Counted from the first letter of the stretch, positions 48,884-58,277 are shown. The stretch: 63,365 nt of DNA from Smithellaceae bacterium (GCA_035448625.1 DAOTJI010000004.1:1-63365); one strand, 5' to 3'. Translations and numbers: made by a program. Notes: a model not told the origin generated them from the sequence alone.

Positions 48884-50347
48884 TTATTCGGCGGCGCTTT
48901 TCCCCTTGCACCGATCCAGTTTTTCATCCATCCAGGGCAGAACTTTATCCGCCGGAACATCCCAGGACGGGCCGCACATCGAACTGCCTTTCACCCAGTA
49001 ATACGGAGGCATATTCATGGAAATTTTCTGCTGATCGGGCGGCACGAATTCGCATACCCGGAATCCCTGTATCGCCTTGTGGTCGCAGGATCGCATCTTC
49101 ACCACACGGCCGCTCACAAACTGATAGGAATCCCCCTCGAAGACCGGAATGATCTTTTCGGCATCCGTGCTGCCGGCCCGCTCCATGACGCTGAAGAACC
49201 AGTACATCTGCTGCGTCCAGAAACCGAACGTTCCCCACGGATAGGTAAAGAGCACACTGTTGAAAGGCGCCACGGTAAATTTTTTCCACTCGGTGTTCCA
49301 CGCAGTGTAGTATTTCTTCATGCCCGGGCTGGTAAAAGCCGGTCCGGCCTTTTCATAGTGCTTAATATTCACAAGGCCCTTGGTCCCTTCGACGCCGACT
49401 TCCGACAACATAATGGGCTCATCCATGAAAATGTTCGCAAAGGGAATGTTGATGCCCATCTGCCGGGACTGTTTGAGCAGGTTCCCCGCATCCGGGGTCC
49501 AGTCGCCGGTCCAGATGACCTCGGCGCCGGAGGCCTTGATTTTGGTCAGGTAGGGGGCAAAATCGGTCAGGAAAAGTTTATGGTAGTCTTCCCCCACCAG
49601 TTCCGCTTCCGGATAATACTCTTTCAACCCCTTCTTGAAGCCGGCGGCCAGCTCGCGGCCAAACGAATAATCCTGGCACAGAATGTAGAACTTCTTTTCT
49701 TTCTTGCGAATCTGACCGTAATAGTACGCCATTCCCCGGCCGACCGCTTCTGTAGAATCGGACGTCATAAAGGCGTAGCGGTTGAAATTGGTCGCGTCCT
49801 GGAGATCATCCGCGAGGGCCGCGACATTGAGGCTGATGATCTTGTAGCGGTTCGCCATTTCATTGGAGATCTTCTGGATATTGCTGCCCGAGGTTCCGAT
49901 AAAGGCATGGACTTTTTCCTGCAGAACCATGCGTTCCAGGATTTTCTTGGCGGCGTCCGGTTTGGACTGGGAGTCGGCCTTGAACAGCGCGATCTTCTTC
50001 TTTTTCCCGTCCACCATAATGCCGCCGCGCTTGTTGAGATCATACGCAACGAAGGTGGCGCACAGCCAGCCCATCTGGCCATTGAGCGCGCCTGGGCCGG
50101 AATGAGGCCAGACCACCGCGATGCGGATGGTATCCCCTTCGGGGTTGACCCAGTTGGCCGGATCCCATCCCGTCATATCGCCCATCTTGTTCGCGTCAAA
50201 CGCCGCCTTTGCGGCGGGGGCTTTCTGCGTTTTGGCGACCTTGGCTTTAGACGCCTTCTGGTCCTTCGCCGCCAGGCAGACTGTCCCGGCGCCGATCAGC
50301 AGAACACTCATCAAAACCATAAAAATGATTCTTCCAGTCGTTTTCAT
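48884..50347 (-). CDS. ABC transporter substrate-binding protein, Liv/PBP type 1 family (enlarged, ~487 aa)
   Basis: Signal peptide MKTTGRIIFMVLMSVLLIGAG and a Lys/Ala-rich linker, then a type 1 periplasmic-binding fold. Lies in an operon with livHMGF-like genes. Confidence 0.85.
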   Translation of the reverse strand: MKTTGRIIFMVLMSVLLIGAGTVCLAAKDQKASKAKVAKTQKAPAAKAAFDANKMGDMTGWDPANWVNPEGDTIRIAVVWPHSGPGALNGQMGWLCATFVAYDLNKRGGIMVDGKKKKIALFKADSQSKPDAAKKILERMVLQEKVHAFIGTSGSNIQKISNEMANRYKIISLNVAALADDLQDATNFNRYAFMTSDSTEAVGRGMAYYYGQIRKKEKKFYILCQDYSFGRELAAGFKKGLKEYYPEAELVGEDYHKLFLTDFAPYLTKIKASGAEVIWTGDWTPDAGNLLKQSRQMGINIPFANIFMDEPIMLSEVGVEGTKGLVNIKHYEKAGPAFTSPGMKKYYTAWNTEWKKFTVAPFNSVLFTYPWGTFGFWTQQMYWFFSVMERAGSTDAEKIIPVFEGDSYQFVSGRVVKMRSCDHKAIQGFRVCEFVPPDQQKISMNMPPYYWVKGSSMCGPSWDVPADKVLPWMDEKLDRCKGKSAAE

Positions 50348-50468
50348 ACCCTCCACCTTTCGTGATCTAAAGTTATTCTACCGTGGAACAGGCCGACGGA
50401 GGCCGCCCCTCAACATCGCCCCTTCCCCTTCAACGCATCCCCAAAAACAGCGACTCCCGATCAAGGAA

Positions 50469-51281
50469 TCACCCTTTAACCTGCTTCATCAAATTGGCGA
50501 TGGTCAATTCCATCGCCAGCTCCCGTCCGGCCGACATGGCCGGAGCGAAACGCCGGATAAAATCGATTTCCTCATCCGTGGGATGAGGCGTTTCCGAAAG
50601 ATCCGAAGCGATTTTCAAGTCCCAGGGAACATCCTTCTTCACGTCCGCGATCTTCACGCGGGGATGAATCTGGGCCAGATAGATTTCCTTGGTCACGGGA
50701 TCGAACCGGAATACCCCTTTGGTCGAAAGAAGCATTGACGGGCCGGACCCCTTGGGGAACAGCCCCGATTCGTCCCGGCTGTTGCCTCCTTCAAGATAGC
50801 CGGGCGACGTAAAGTAATCGAGTTTTTCCACGAAGTTGCCGCCCAGCATGGTAAGCACCGTGCGCTTGGCGTAGGAAAGGAAATCACACGCGCCGCCCGA
50901 ACCCGGCAGGCGCATGGTCGGCTTGTAATAGTCGCCGATACAGGTGGTGTTAAGATTGCCGTATCGATCCACCTGCCCCACTCCCAGGAAGCAGACATCC
51001 ACAAACCCCCGGTACGTCATGGTAAAGGCGGAAAACAAATCGGTGGCGTAGGAAAACCCCCGGCAGGAATGCGCGTCGGCGATGTGATTGAGCGGCAACA
51101 GCGGCTCGAAATCGATGATGCCGGATTCCATCATGAGCGTCGCATGGGGAGCATACAGGGCCTTGGCCAGCGCACCCGCCGTCGTCGGCAGTCCGACGCC
51201 CAGAATCACGTTCTCGTAATCGTGAATTTCCTTGGCGACCGCGATCACCAGCAGCTCCTGCAGCGTGTAGGGTTTAGTCAT
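50469..51281 (-). CDS. Family I CoA-transferase, subunit B (glutaconate CoA-transferase GctB-like)
   Basis: 270 aa with GVGLPT and LMMESGII (catalytic Glu context). Overlaps the subunit A stop by 8 nt. Confidence 0.85.
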   Translation of the reverse strand: MTKPYTLQELLVIAVAKEIHDYENVILGVGLPTTAGALAKALYAPHATLMMESGIIDFEPLLPLNHIADAHSCRGFSYATDLFSAFTMTYRGFVDVCFLGVGQVDRYGNLNTTCIGDYYKPTMRLPGSGGACDFLSYAKRTVLTMLGGNFVEKLDYFTSPGYLEGGNSRDESGLFPKGSGPSMLLSTKGVFRFDPVTKEIYLAQIHPRVKIADVKKDVPWDLKIASDLSETPHPTDEEIDFIRRFAPAMSAGRELAMELTIANLMKQVKG

Positions 51282-52320
51282 AGAGTTTCCCCCTTTCCTT
51301 CAAGGTCTGTTCAAACTCGGCAAGCGTCATGCCCATCGCCCGCTCCCGTCCGTCCTTGTCCCAGCGCGAGGTAAAGGCTGATCCGTAATTCGCCGGCGCC
51401 GAATAGTAGGGTTTGCACCGGATGCCGTCGAGAATCTTGCTGCCGAATTTCTGGACATAGTGATCGATGTAGGCGGCGCGGTTCTCGCAGCCGAACACCC
51501 ATTCGTCCATCCAGGCCTTCAGGCCGTCGGCCGTACCGTCCATCATCATGAACAGGCCGTACATGAACTGATCGATATTGTAGTAGCCCAACACTTCGGT
51601 GGGATTGGCGCCCCAGGGAACCTCACAAACCGCATTGACCCGATAGGCGGGAATAATCGTCAGATGAGGGCTGGACCGAATGATATCATGCTCCACGATT
51701 TCCTCGCAGGAAACGACAATCTTTTTGCTGGCCAGCGCCGCGGCGGCGACGCTGCCCAGAGCCCCCCAGTACTGGGCGTTGCCGTACTGGTCCGCCCGCT
51801 GCACATGGACGATGCAAACGTCGGGATTGGCCGCCGGAACCGTCAACTGGTCCTTCCCCGTGTAGGGGCATTTAATGACGCGGAATTTATTCTCCCCCAT
51901 AAAGCTGCGTTTGCGGAAAATATCCGTGGCCATCGCGCCTTCCAGAACCTGGATATAGGAAAATCCGTGCATGCCCGCCACCATGCGGGCGTTGTACTGA
52001 AAGTTGGTGTAGTCTTCCACCTGGAGGGTTCCGGCATTCATCGCCCTTTCGACGGCCGACCCGCCTTTCTTCCCGCCCGCGCGAAGCACGTACGTACTGA
52101 TCAGTTTATCGGCGCAGCCGGCGCCGACCAGCACTTCCACGTCGAAAATGCCGGACTGCGAATAGAGCGTGAGCCCCCGGCGTCCCTGACGAACCACTTC
52201 ATAAACCAGTTCCGCGCAACTTCCCACCGTATAGTTTCCGATCACCAATTCATCGCCGTCGTGTACGAATTCGGCGATCGCTTCACGAACATTCATCACC
52301 TTGCTGTTTTCAGCAGCCAT
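51274..52320 (-). CDS. Family I CoA-transferase, subunit A (GctA-like)
   Basis: 348 aa. N-terminus VMNVREAIAEFVHDGDELVIGN; the VHVQRADQYGNAQYWG region is typical of glutaconate/3-oxoacid CoA-transferase alpha subunits. Confidence 0.85.
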   Translation of the reverse strand: MAAENSKVMNVREAIAEFVHDGDELVIGNYTVGSCAELVYEVVRQGRRGLTLYSQSGIFDVEVLVGAGCADKLISTYVLRAGGKKGGSAVERAMNAGTLQVEDYTNFQYNARMVAGMHGFSYIQVLEGAMATDIFRKRSFMGENKFRVIKCPYTGKDQLTVPAANPDVCIVHVQRADQYGNAQYWGALGSVAAAALASKKIVVSCEEIVEHDIIRSSPHLTIIPAYRVNAVCEVPWGANPTEVLGYYNIDQFMYGLFMMMDGTADGLKAWMDEWVFGCENRAAYIDHYVQKFGSKILDGIRCKPYYSAPANYGSAFTSRWDKDGRERAMGMTLAEFEQTLKERGKLYD

Positions 52321-52359
52321 TTTCAGCCCTCCCTCGACGGAAATGTGCAGCCGCGCTGA

Positions 52360-53076
52360 TTATGCTTCCAGATATTTGGCGCGCAATTCGTGATTGTCTC
52401 TGACTTCCTGCGCGCCGGCCTGACAACCGATGCAGGCCTTGGACATCAGATAAACCCGGTTCGCCAGAGACAGAGCGACTTTCAGGTTATGCTCCACGAG
52501 CAGAACCGAAACGCCCGCCTTGTTGATTTCTTCCAGAACATTGCGCACTTCCTGAACCATAATCGGCGAAAGACCCTCGGTGGGCTCATCCACCAGCAGC
52601 AGCCTCGGATTCCCCATCAGCGACCGCCCGATCGACAGCATCTGCTGTTCGCCGCCGGACAGTCTTCCCCCGGCCTGATGCGTCCGCTCCGCGAGTTTCG
52701 GAAAATGGTGGAAAATCCGCTCGATCGTCCAAGTATTCGGATCATTCGGATCTTTGATTTTCCCGCCCTTCACGCCCAGGAGCAGATTGTCCAGCACCGA
52801 AAGTTCCGGAAAGATTCTTCTTTCTTCGGGAACGTAGCCGATCCCGGTTCTGGCGACTTTATAGGGGGGTAAGCCCGCAATCTCCTGACCCGCAAACATC
52901 ACCGAACCGGAGGTCGGCTTCACCAGCCCCATGATGCTTTTCAGCGTCGTACTTTTGCCCATGCCGTTTCTTCCCAGCAGTGCCACCAGTTCTCCATCGC
53001 CGATCTCCAGATGGATGCCCTGCAGCACGTGACTCGGCCCGTAGTGCGTGTTCAAATTTTTAACTTCCAGTAACAT
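52360..53076 (-). CDS. ABC transporter ATP-binding protein, LivF-like
   Basis: Walker A GRNGMGKST, signature LSGGEQQML, Walker B LLLVDEP. Confidence 0.9.
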   Translation of the reverse strand: MLLEVKNLNTHYGPSHVLQGIHLEIGDGELVALLGRNGMGKSTTLKSIMGLVKPTSGSVMFAGQEIAGLPPYKVARTGIGYVPEERRIFPELSVLDNLLLGVKGGKIKDPNDPNTWTIERIFHHFPKLAERTHQAGGRLSGGEQQMLSIGRSLMGNPRLLLVDEPTEGLSPIMVQEVRNVLEEINKAGVSVLLVEHNLKVALSLANRVYLMSKACIGCQAGAQEVRDNHELRAKYLEA

Positions 53077-53081
53077 ATGCT

Positions 53082-53828
53082 CTATACCTCCAAGTCGCCG
53101 AGATAAGCGTCCTTTACCGCCTGATTATTGCGAATCTCCGCCGGTTTCCCGGTTGCCAGAACCCTCCCGTAATGCAAAACCGTGATCCGATCCGCCAGAT
53201 TGAAAACCACATCCATGTCATGCTCGATAATCACGACGGTTTTCCCCTCGGTCAGCTTCCGGATCAACGCCACGGCGTCCTGGGTTTCTTCCCTGGACAT
53301 TCCCGCGGCAAACTCGTCGAGGAGCACCAGTTCCGGATCCGTCGCCAGCGCCATGCTGATTTCCAGCGCTCTGGATTTCCCATAGGACAGCGCGGAGGCC
53401 GGCGTATTGCGGTCTTCATACAGGTTGATTCTTTTCAGCATCTCATCGGTCTCTTCGGTCACCTTGCCCATTTTATCCACCCGCCGGAAAAGATTAAAAC
53501 GAACGCCGTCTTTGGACAGAATCGCCAGGCGGATATTCTGAAAAGCCGTCAGATTGGTAAAGGTGCTGGTGATCTGGAAAGACCGCCCAATACCGATTCG
53601 CGCCAATTTGTGCGGCGGATAGCCTGTAATGTCCTTTCCCTTGAAGAACACTTTCCCGCTCGTCGGATGGTAGGTCCCCGTAATGGTATTGAACAGCGTC
53701 GTCTTTCCCGCGCCGTTGGGACCAATGACGGCGTGGCGCTCGCCTTCCTCGATTTGCAGATCGACACCGAACAAGACGTCCAGGGCGCCGAAACTGTGCT
53801 TTAATGCTTTTGTTTCCAGTATATTCAT
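53082..53828 (-). CDS. ABC transporter ATP-binding protein, LivG-like
   Basis: Walker A GPNGAGKTT, signature LSYGKSRALE, Walker B LVLLDEFAAG. Confidence 0.9.
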   Translation of the reverse strand: MNILETKALKHSFGALDVLFGVDLQIEEGERHAVIGPNGAGKTTLFNTITGTYHPTSGKVFFKGKDITGYPPHKLARIGIGRSFQITSTFTNLTAFQNIRLAILSKDGVRFNLFRRVDKMGKVTEETDEMLKRINLYEDRNTPASALSYGKSRALEISMALATDPELVLLDEFAAGMSREETQDAVALIRKLTEGKTVVIIEHDMDVVFNLADRITVLHYGRVLATGKPAEIRNNQAVKDAYLGDLEV

Positions 53829-54811
53829 GACGCCTTCTCCTTCTCCGCTTTCGGGATGCCCCCGCCGCGGACTTTGTCGCGCAGCAGTCCAAACAATCCC
53901 ACAAAGCCTTTCGGCATAAACATGACCACCACGATCAGAATCACGCCCATCACCAGTTCCGTACTCTCCGTGTAACGGAGGATCAATTCATCCACCAGTT
54001 GGAAAATCACGACGCCCAGAATGGGCCCGAAGAAACTCCCGACGCCGCCGATCATCACGGAGATGATCGGTGCAAACGACATCCCGATTCCCAGGGACCC
54101 GTCCACCGATACCAGATTATGAAACAGGCCGTAAACCGATCCGGCAACGCCGGCAAACAAAGCCGACAAGATATAAATGACGGCCTTCGACTGCGGAACC
54201 TTGTACCCCAGGTAATCGATCCGTTTGGCATTGTCGCGAATACCCACCTGAATCTGTCCGAACGGCGTTTTGGTGATAAACCACATCAGCCAGGTGCTGA
54301 CGCCTAGAATCACCATGGCCAGATAGTAAAAGTGCTCCGGCGACCCCTTCAGACTCTCCGTAAACACACCGGGCACGGGGAAGTTGGCAATGCCGTCTTC
54401 TCCGCCCGTAACGGTGTAAAGTTTGAGCGCCAGCACATACATCAGCTGACCGAAGGCCAGATGCAGCATGGCAAAGGCCGTCCCGCTCACCCGAACGACC
54501 AGAGGAGACAGGATCAGCGCCAGCAGGACGGCGGCCAGGACGCCCATCCCGATGGCCGGCAGCAAGCCGATCCCGGGAATATGCGCCAACGCCAGCGCAG
54601 TCCCATAACCGCCGAAGCCGAAAAACATGGCATGTCCGAAGCTCAAGAGCCCCGTATAACCCAACAGCATGTTCACGGAAACGGCAAAAACGGAAAAAAT
54701 GGCCAGCGTCACCATGATGTTGGTATAATAAATACCAAAAAGCCTGGGGAATAACGCCAGCAGCACGAGGCCCATCAGCCACAGCACAATATTCAGTTTA
54801 TTCTTCATCAT
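53825..54811 (-). CDS. ABC transporter permease, LivM-like
   Basis: Polytopic membrane protein with 4-nt overlaps to both neighbours. Confidence 0.88.
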   Translation of the reverse strand: MMKNKLNIVLWLMGLVLLALFPRLFGIYYTNIMVTLAIFSVFAVSVNMLLGYTGLLSFGHAMFFGFGGYGTALALAHIPGIGLLPAIGMGVLAAVLLALILSPLVVRVSGTAFAMLHLAFGQLMYVLALKLYTVTGGEDGIANFPVPGVFTESLKGSPEHFYYLAMVILGVSTWLMWFITKTPFGQIQVGIRDNAKRIDYLGYKVPQSKAVIYILSALFAGVAGSVYGLFHNLVSVDGSLGIGMSFAPIISVMIGGVGSFFGPILGVVIFQLVDELILRYTESTELVMGVILIVVVMFMPKGFVGLFGLLRDKVRGGGIPKAEKEKAS

Positions 54812-55674
54812 TCCTTCACTCCGAATAATCCGTTAGGACGAAACGCCAGCACAAGGGCCATGAAGGCCACCATCAGAACAGGTGCAAATTGGGACACAAA
54901 CTGCACGCCATAAGAGCTCAAGAGCCCGAAAATAATGGAAACAATAAACGCTCCCGTCAGAGAGCCGAATCCGCCCGTCACCACCACGATAAACGCGTCC
55001 ATCCCCACCTGATCCGCGAGCCCGGGGAACACCGTCAGGATCGGCGCTATCGCAACGCCCCCCAATCCGGCCATCCAGGTCCCCACGCCGAAAACAAACA
55101 TGAATACCAGATTGATGTTGATTCCCAGCGCATTCACCATGTCCCGGTCCGACACCGCCGCCCGCACGATTTTTCCCAGCCGCGTCCGGTACAGCAAAAG
55201 CATCATGAAAACCAGAATAACCAAAGCCAGGCCGATCACGAACAGCCGATACACCGGATAGCTCACGCCCAAGATGTTCACCATCCCCTGCAGGATTTCC
55301 GGCATCTGCAAAGGCAGGCTTTCCGTTCCCCAGATTTTCTTGATGGCCGCCACAATGACAAATGAAATCCCCATCGTCAGAATCAATTCACTCATATGCC
55401 CGGCCACCCGGCGAAGAAACAGGCGCTCCATCAACACACCGAGAACCGCCGTAAATGCCGGGGCCAAGAGCAACCCCAGCCAGAAGTTTCCGGTGAGCCC
55501 CACCACGGCATAGCAAAAATAAGCGGCCAGCATGAAAAACGCCGTGTGCGCCATGTTCAGGATCCCCATCATTCCGAAAATGATATTGAGTCCCGAAGCA
55601 ATTAAAAACAAGATCATTCCGTACGCTATCCCGTGGATGCCCTGAGATACGTACATCGATACTGTCGGATCCAT
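54808..55674 (-). CDS. ABC transporter permease, LivH-like
   Basis: Polytopic membrane protein. Start at MDPTVSMYV (ATG 55674) behind TAAAGGAG. Confidence 0.88.
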   Translation of the reverse strand: MDPTVSMYVSQGIHGIAYGMILFLIASGLNIIFGMMGILNMAHTAFFMLAAYFCYAVVGLTGNFWLGLLLAPAFTAVLGVLMERLFLRRVAGHMSELILTMGISFVIVAAIKKIWGTESLPLQMPEILQGMVNILGVSYPVYRLFVIGLALVILVFMMLLLYRTRLGKIVRAAVSDRDMVNALGININLVFMFVFGVGTWMAGLGGVAIAPILTVFPGLADQVGMDAFIVVVTGGFGSLTGAFIVSIIFGLLSSYGVQFVSQFAPVLMVAFMALVLAFRPNGLFGVKE

Positions 55675-55712
55675 GAAAATCTCCTTTACTGATTTAATTT
55701 TGGTCACCCGGC

Positions 55713-56269
55713 CACGGTTTCACGCGGACGGTCGCCGCCGCAAGAAACACCGCCTGATCAAGATCACCGACGATCCCCACCCACGTACGCCCCTGCGGCG
55801 AAAGGAGGGGACAACATCCGGATCGCGCCCCACCACCATCGGCAAGATGCGCTTGTGAAGCGGCAAAAACGGTTTCATGATCCCCCGGGCGCCTCAAACA
55901 ACCCCTCGGCCTGTGCTTCCTCTCCAGAAAAAGGGGAAAGAATAAATGATGAGAACGGTTTTCGTGCTATCCGGTCCGCCGCATAGCGGCATGAACATTT
56001 CCCGCCGGAGATCGTCCCGGGATATGCCGTTTCGACGGTAAAAAAGAGAACGGCTTCATGCCAGCGTCGTCCTTTATCGGGTCAACATCAAGAGCCTCCT
56101 CGTTCCGATCATCCATGCCGTCCCGGCGCCCGCCCGCACAAAAAAAGAACGGGCGCTCGCTTTTGTGAATTTGGGGAACGCTTATCACGCCTTTCATTCG
56201 AGTGCAATAAGAAATTTTTCTTTATTTTATTTCGGCAAACTGATAGGGGAAAAACGAACGAAACGGTTT
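55713..56269. repeat. Five same-orientation copies of an AACGGYTT(CAYG) motif in the 637-bp intergenic gap
   Basis: Plus-strand copies: cACGGTTTCACG at 55713, AACGGTTTCATG at 55868, AACGGTTTTCGTG at 55954, AACGGCTTCATG at 56049, AAACGGTTTG at 56261. The last forms the 9-nt palindrome AAAC-G-GTTT, about 45 nt upstream of the tetR ATG. Confidence 0.5.
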
Positions 56270-56311
56270 GCGTCTCCGAGAAATCATTGCAACACCAGGA
56301 GGAAAAACCCC

Positions 56312-56968
56312 ATGAAGAGCAGAAAGAAGTCTGTTGAAAATACCGAAAAGATCAAGCCCCTGCCGATGTTTAGTCGAATTAAAAATTCCGAACGGGTGCA
56401 AGACAAACAGTTGTTGATCGCCAAAAAGGCGGCCAAACTCTTTATTCGAAAAGGCTACGCACAAACGACGATCAGGGAAATTTCCAAAGCCACCGGGCTG
56501 GCCATGGGCAATTTATATGATTACATCAAGAAAAAAGAAGATATTCTCTGTCTGGTTTTTGAAACCTATCATGAAGCCGTGGAAGCCTCTTCCTACAGTC
56601 CGGAAATCGTCGCCATTGAAGACCCGCTGAAACAAATGCAAACCAATATCAGAGTAACCCAGAAGCTCATCCATGAATTCAGTGATGAAATCATGCTGAT
56701 GTACCGGGAATCCCACCTGTTGCCGAAGAAATATCTGGAGCGAGCCAAAAAACAGGAACTTACCCAGATCAAAAAGACGGCATCCTACATCCGCCGGGGT
56801 ATTGAAAAAGGCGTTTTCCAGGCGAAAGATCCCTATTTTACCGCCAGCATGCTTTTTTGCCTGCTGGCCAGCACGGCTTTACGCGGTTGGACCTTCGAGG
56901 GAAAGTATTCCAGAAAGAAAGTCGACCAACTGATGGAAGATTTTATCATCAAGCATCTTCTATCCTGA
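56312..56968 (+). CDS. TetR/AcrR family transcriptional regulator
   Basis: N-terminal HTH AKLFIRKGYAQTTIREISKATGLAMGNLYDYI. Start at MKSRKK (ATG 56312) behind AGGAGGAAA. Divergent from the ABC/CoA-transferase operon. Confidence 0.88.
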   Translation: MKSRKKSVENTEKIKPLPMFSRIKNSERVQDKQLLIAKKAAKLFIRKGYAQTTIREISKATGLAMGNLYDYIKKKEDILCLVFETYHEAVEASSYSPEIVAIEDPLKQMQTNIRVTQKLIHEFSDEIMLMYRESHLLPKKYLERAKKQELTQIKKTASYIRRGIEKGVFQAKDPYFTASMLFCLLASTALRGWTFEGKYSRKKVDQLMEDFIIKHLLS

Positions 56969-56971
56969 ATC

Positions 56972-56991
56972 AACGTTTTATTCAAAACGTT
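56972..56991. terminator. Perfect 8-bp palindromic hairpin between the convergent tetR and DUF169 genes
   Basis: AACGTTTT-ATTC-AAAACGTT, 4 nt after the tetR TGA. The stem is AT-rich, so it could be a weak bidirectional terminator or a protein-binding palindrome. Confidence 0.4.
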
Positions 56992-57046
56992 TCCTGCATA
57001 TCACTCTTGCAAAACAAAGCGTGCTTTTGGGCCGACCGTTGTTTTT

Positions 57047-57877
57047 TCAGTGCGCGTTTTTTTCTGAAAGCAGGCTCAGCCACGTGTGCCGCTCCAGAAA
57101 CGAGCCGGGGACGTTTTGCTCCATTTCTTCAAACAGAGCGAACGGCACGGCAAAGGTCATGAAGTTGGAATCGCCAAGCTGCTTGCGGACATAGTCGCGG
57201 GCGGAAAGATCCGTCATGCCCACCACGGCGCGGGGCCTGGCGGATTTGGATTCCCGGTAGGGATAGATGCCGATCGTCTGGCAACCGGCGGCATAAGGCA
57301 TGATCACGTTTTCATTATCGCCGCGTCCGTAATTGGCCAGCACGGTCAGCGCGGAAAGCTGGTCGGGATTGACGAAAAACAGAATCGTCTGCGGTTTTTC
57401 TTTGGCCGGATCGACGCCGGAAAGCGGTTTAAAGACAACGCAGGCAGAGGGAACGTCCGCCATCGGCAGCATCTCGACAAATTTTTCCACCAGCTCCGGA
57501 TTTTTGATGTAGCGCTCGCCCTGCAGAAAATTTTCATGACTCTCCCTGGTCATGAACGGCTTCACTTTTTCCGCCAGTTCCGCTCCGCCGGGACGTCCGG
57601 CATTCCCGGTCGACAGAAAATGGCAGAACCCCTCCAAACCGCCGGGGAAATTCCGGTACTGATTGCCGAACCCCAGCCCTACCCCGCCGCCGACACAGCC
57701 GAAGGTTTTTCGATCCGCCACGGCAGGCCGGCCCTTGGCGGCGGAAACGGCCAGCCACATCACGCAACCCCATTTGTTCTCGGAAAACTGCATCGCGCCT
57801 TCCGGTTTTTCATCCGACCACAGAACCGCCACCGGCTCATATTGGAGTTCAAGAGCTTTGGCTATCCGGCTTTCCAT
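57047..57877 (-). CDS. DUF169 (COG2043) domain protein of unknown function
   Basis: The pattern YEPVAVLWSDEKPEGA...KWGCVMW...FGCVGGG matches my recollection of the DUF169 family. Start at MESRIAKAL (ATG 57877) behind GGGAGG. A TATAAT lies at 57910..57905. Confidence 0.75.
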   Translation of the reverse strand: MESRIAKALELQYEPVAVLWSDEKPEGAMQFSENKWGCVMWLAVSAAKGRPAVADRKTFGCVGGGVGLGFGNQYRNFPGGLEGFCHFLSTGNAGRPGGAELAEKVKPFMTRESHENFLQGERYIKNPELVEKFVEMLPMADVPSACVVFKPLSGVDPAKEKPQTILFFVNPDQLSALTVLANYGRGDNENVIMPYAAGCQTIGIYPYRESKSARPRAVVGMTDLSARDYVRKQLGDSNFMTFAVPFALFEEMEQNVPGSFLERHTWLSLLSEKNAH

Positions 57878-58036
57878 ACGGGTTCCTCCCAACCATTTTG
57901 GCGGATTATACTTTTCGTCTTGAAAAAAATAAAGGTCCTTCTTCGCCCGTCGATCCCGAGGCCTGCCGTCGCCTTTATGGAGAGTCTCCGGGGTTTGCAC
58001 GCCGTACAAATTTTTTCAATAAACATTTCATAGAGC

Positions 58037-58066
58037 CTTGACACGCCAAACGGCCTTGTCCTATAC
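58037..58066 (+). promoter_or_regulatory. Strong sigma70-type promoter (TTGACA-18 nt-TATACT) for the acyl-CoA synthetase unit
   Basis: TTGACA at 58037-42 and TATACT at 58061-66. This predicts a ~205-nt leader before the ATG at 58278. Confidence 0.6.
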
Positions 58067-58277
58067 TCCGGACGTCAAAACATCTCTCATCATTTTCCGT
58101 CAGGCGGCCGGGACGTTTCGCCGGGAGGCGCATGTGAAGAATCTGAACAACAGGAATTTTCCGGTCAACGGCCCAGGAAACGGTGCGATTGCCTTCACCG
58201 TCGGCTGACGCAGCGCCTGCGCAGCCGTTATTCAAACCGGCCCGGAAAAGGGCCATTAACCCGTCAAGGAGCCGAAC

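Noticed and set aside
55694-56197. Two minus-strand ORFs (76 and 67 aa) in the same frame, separated only by a TAG at 55967-55969: possible pyrrolysine read-through or pseudogene
   Set aside because: The combined translation is Arg/Gly/Pro-rich with no recognisable domain. There are no pyl genes in the window, and the region is better described as non-coding DNA with decayed duplications. It is kept as context in the gap finding, not as a gene.
58132-58137. ATG-TGA start-stop mini-ORF in the ligase leader
   Set aside because: The SD-ATG spacing is only 3 nt. The overlapping GTG (58134) has better spacing and opens the 24-codon uORF reported in the findings.
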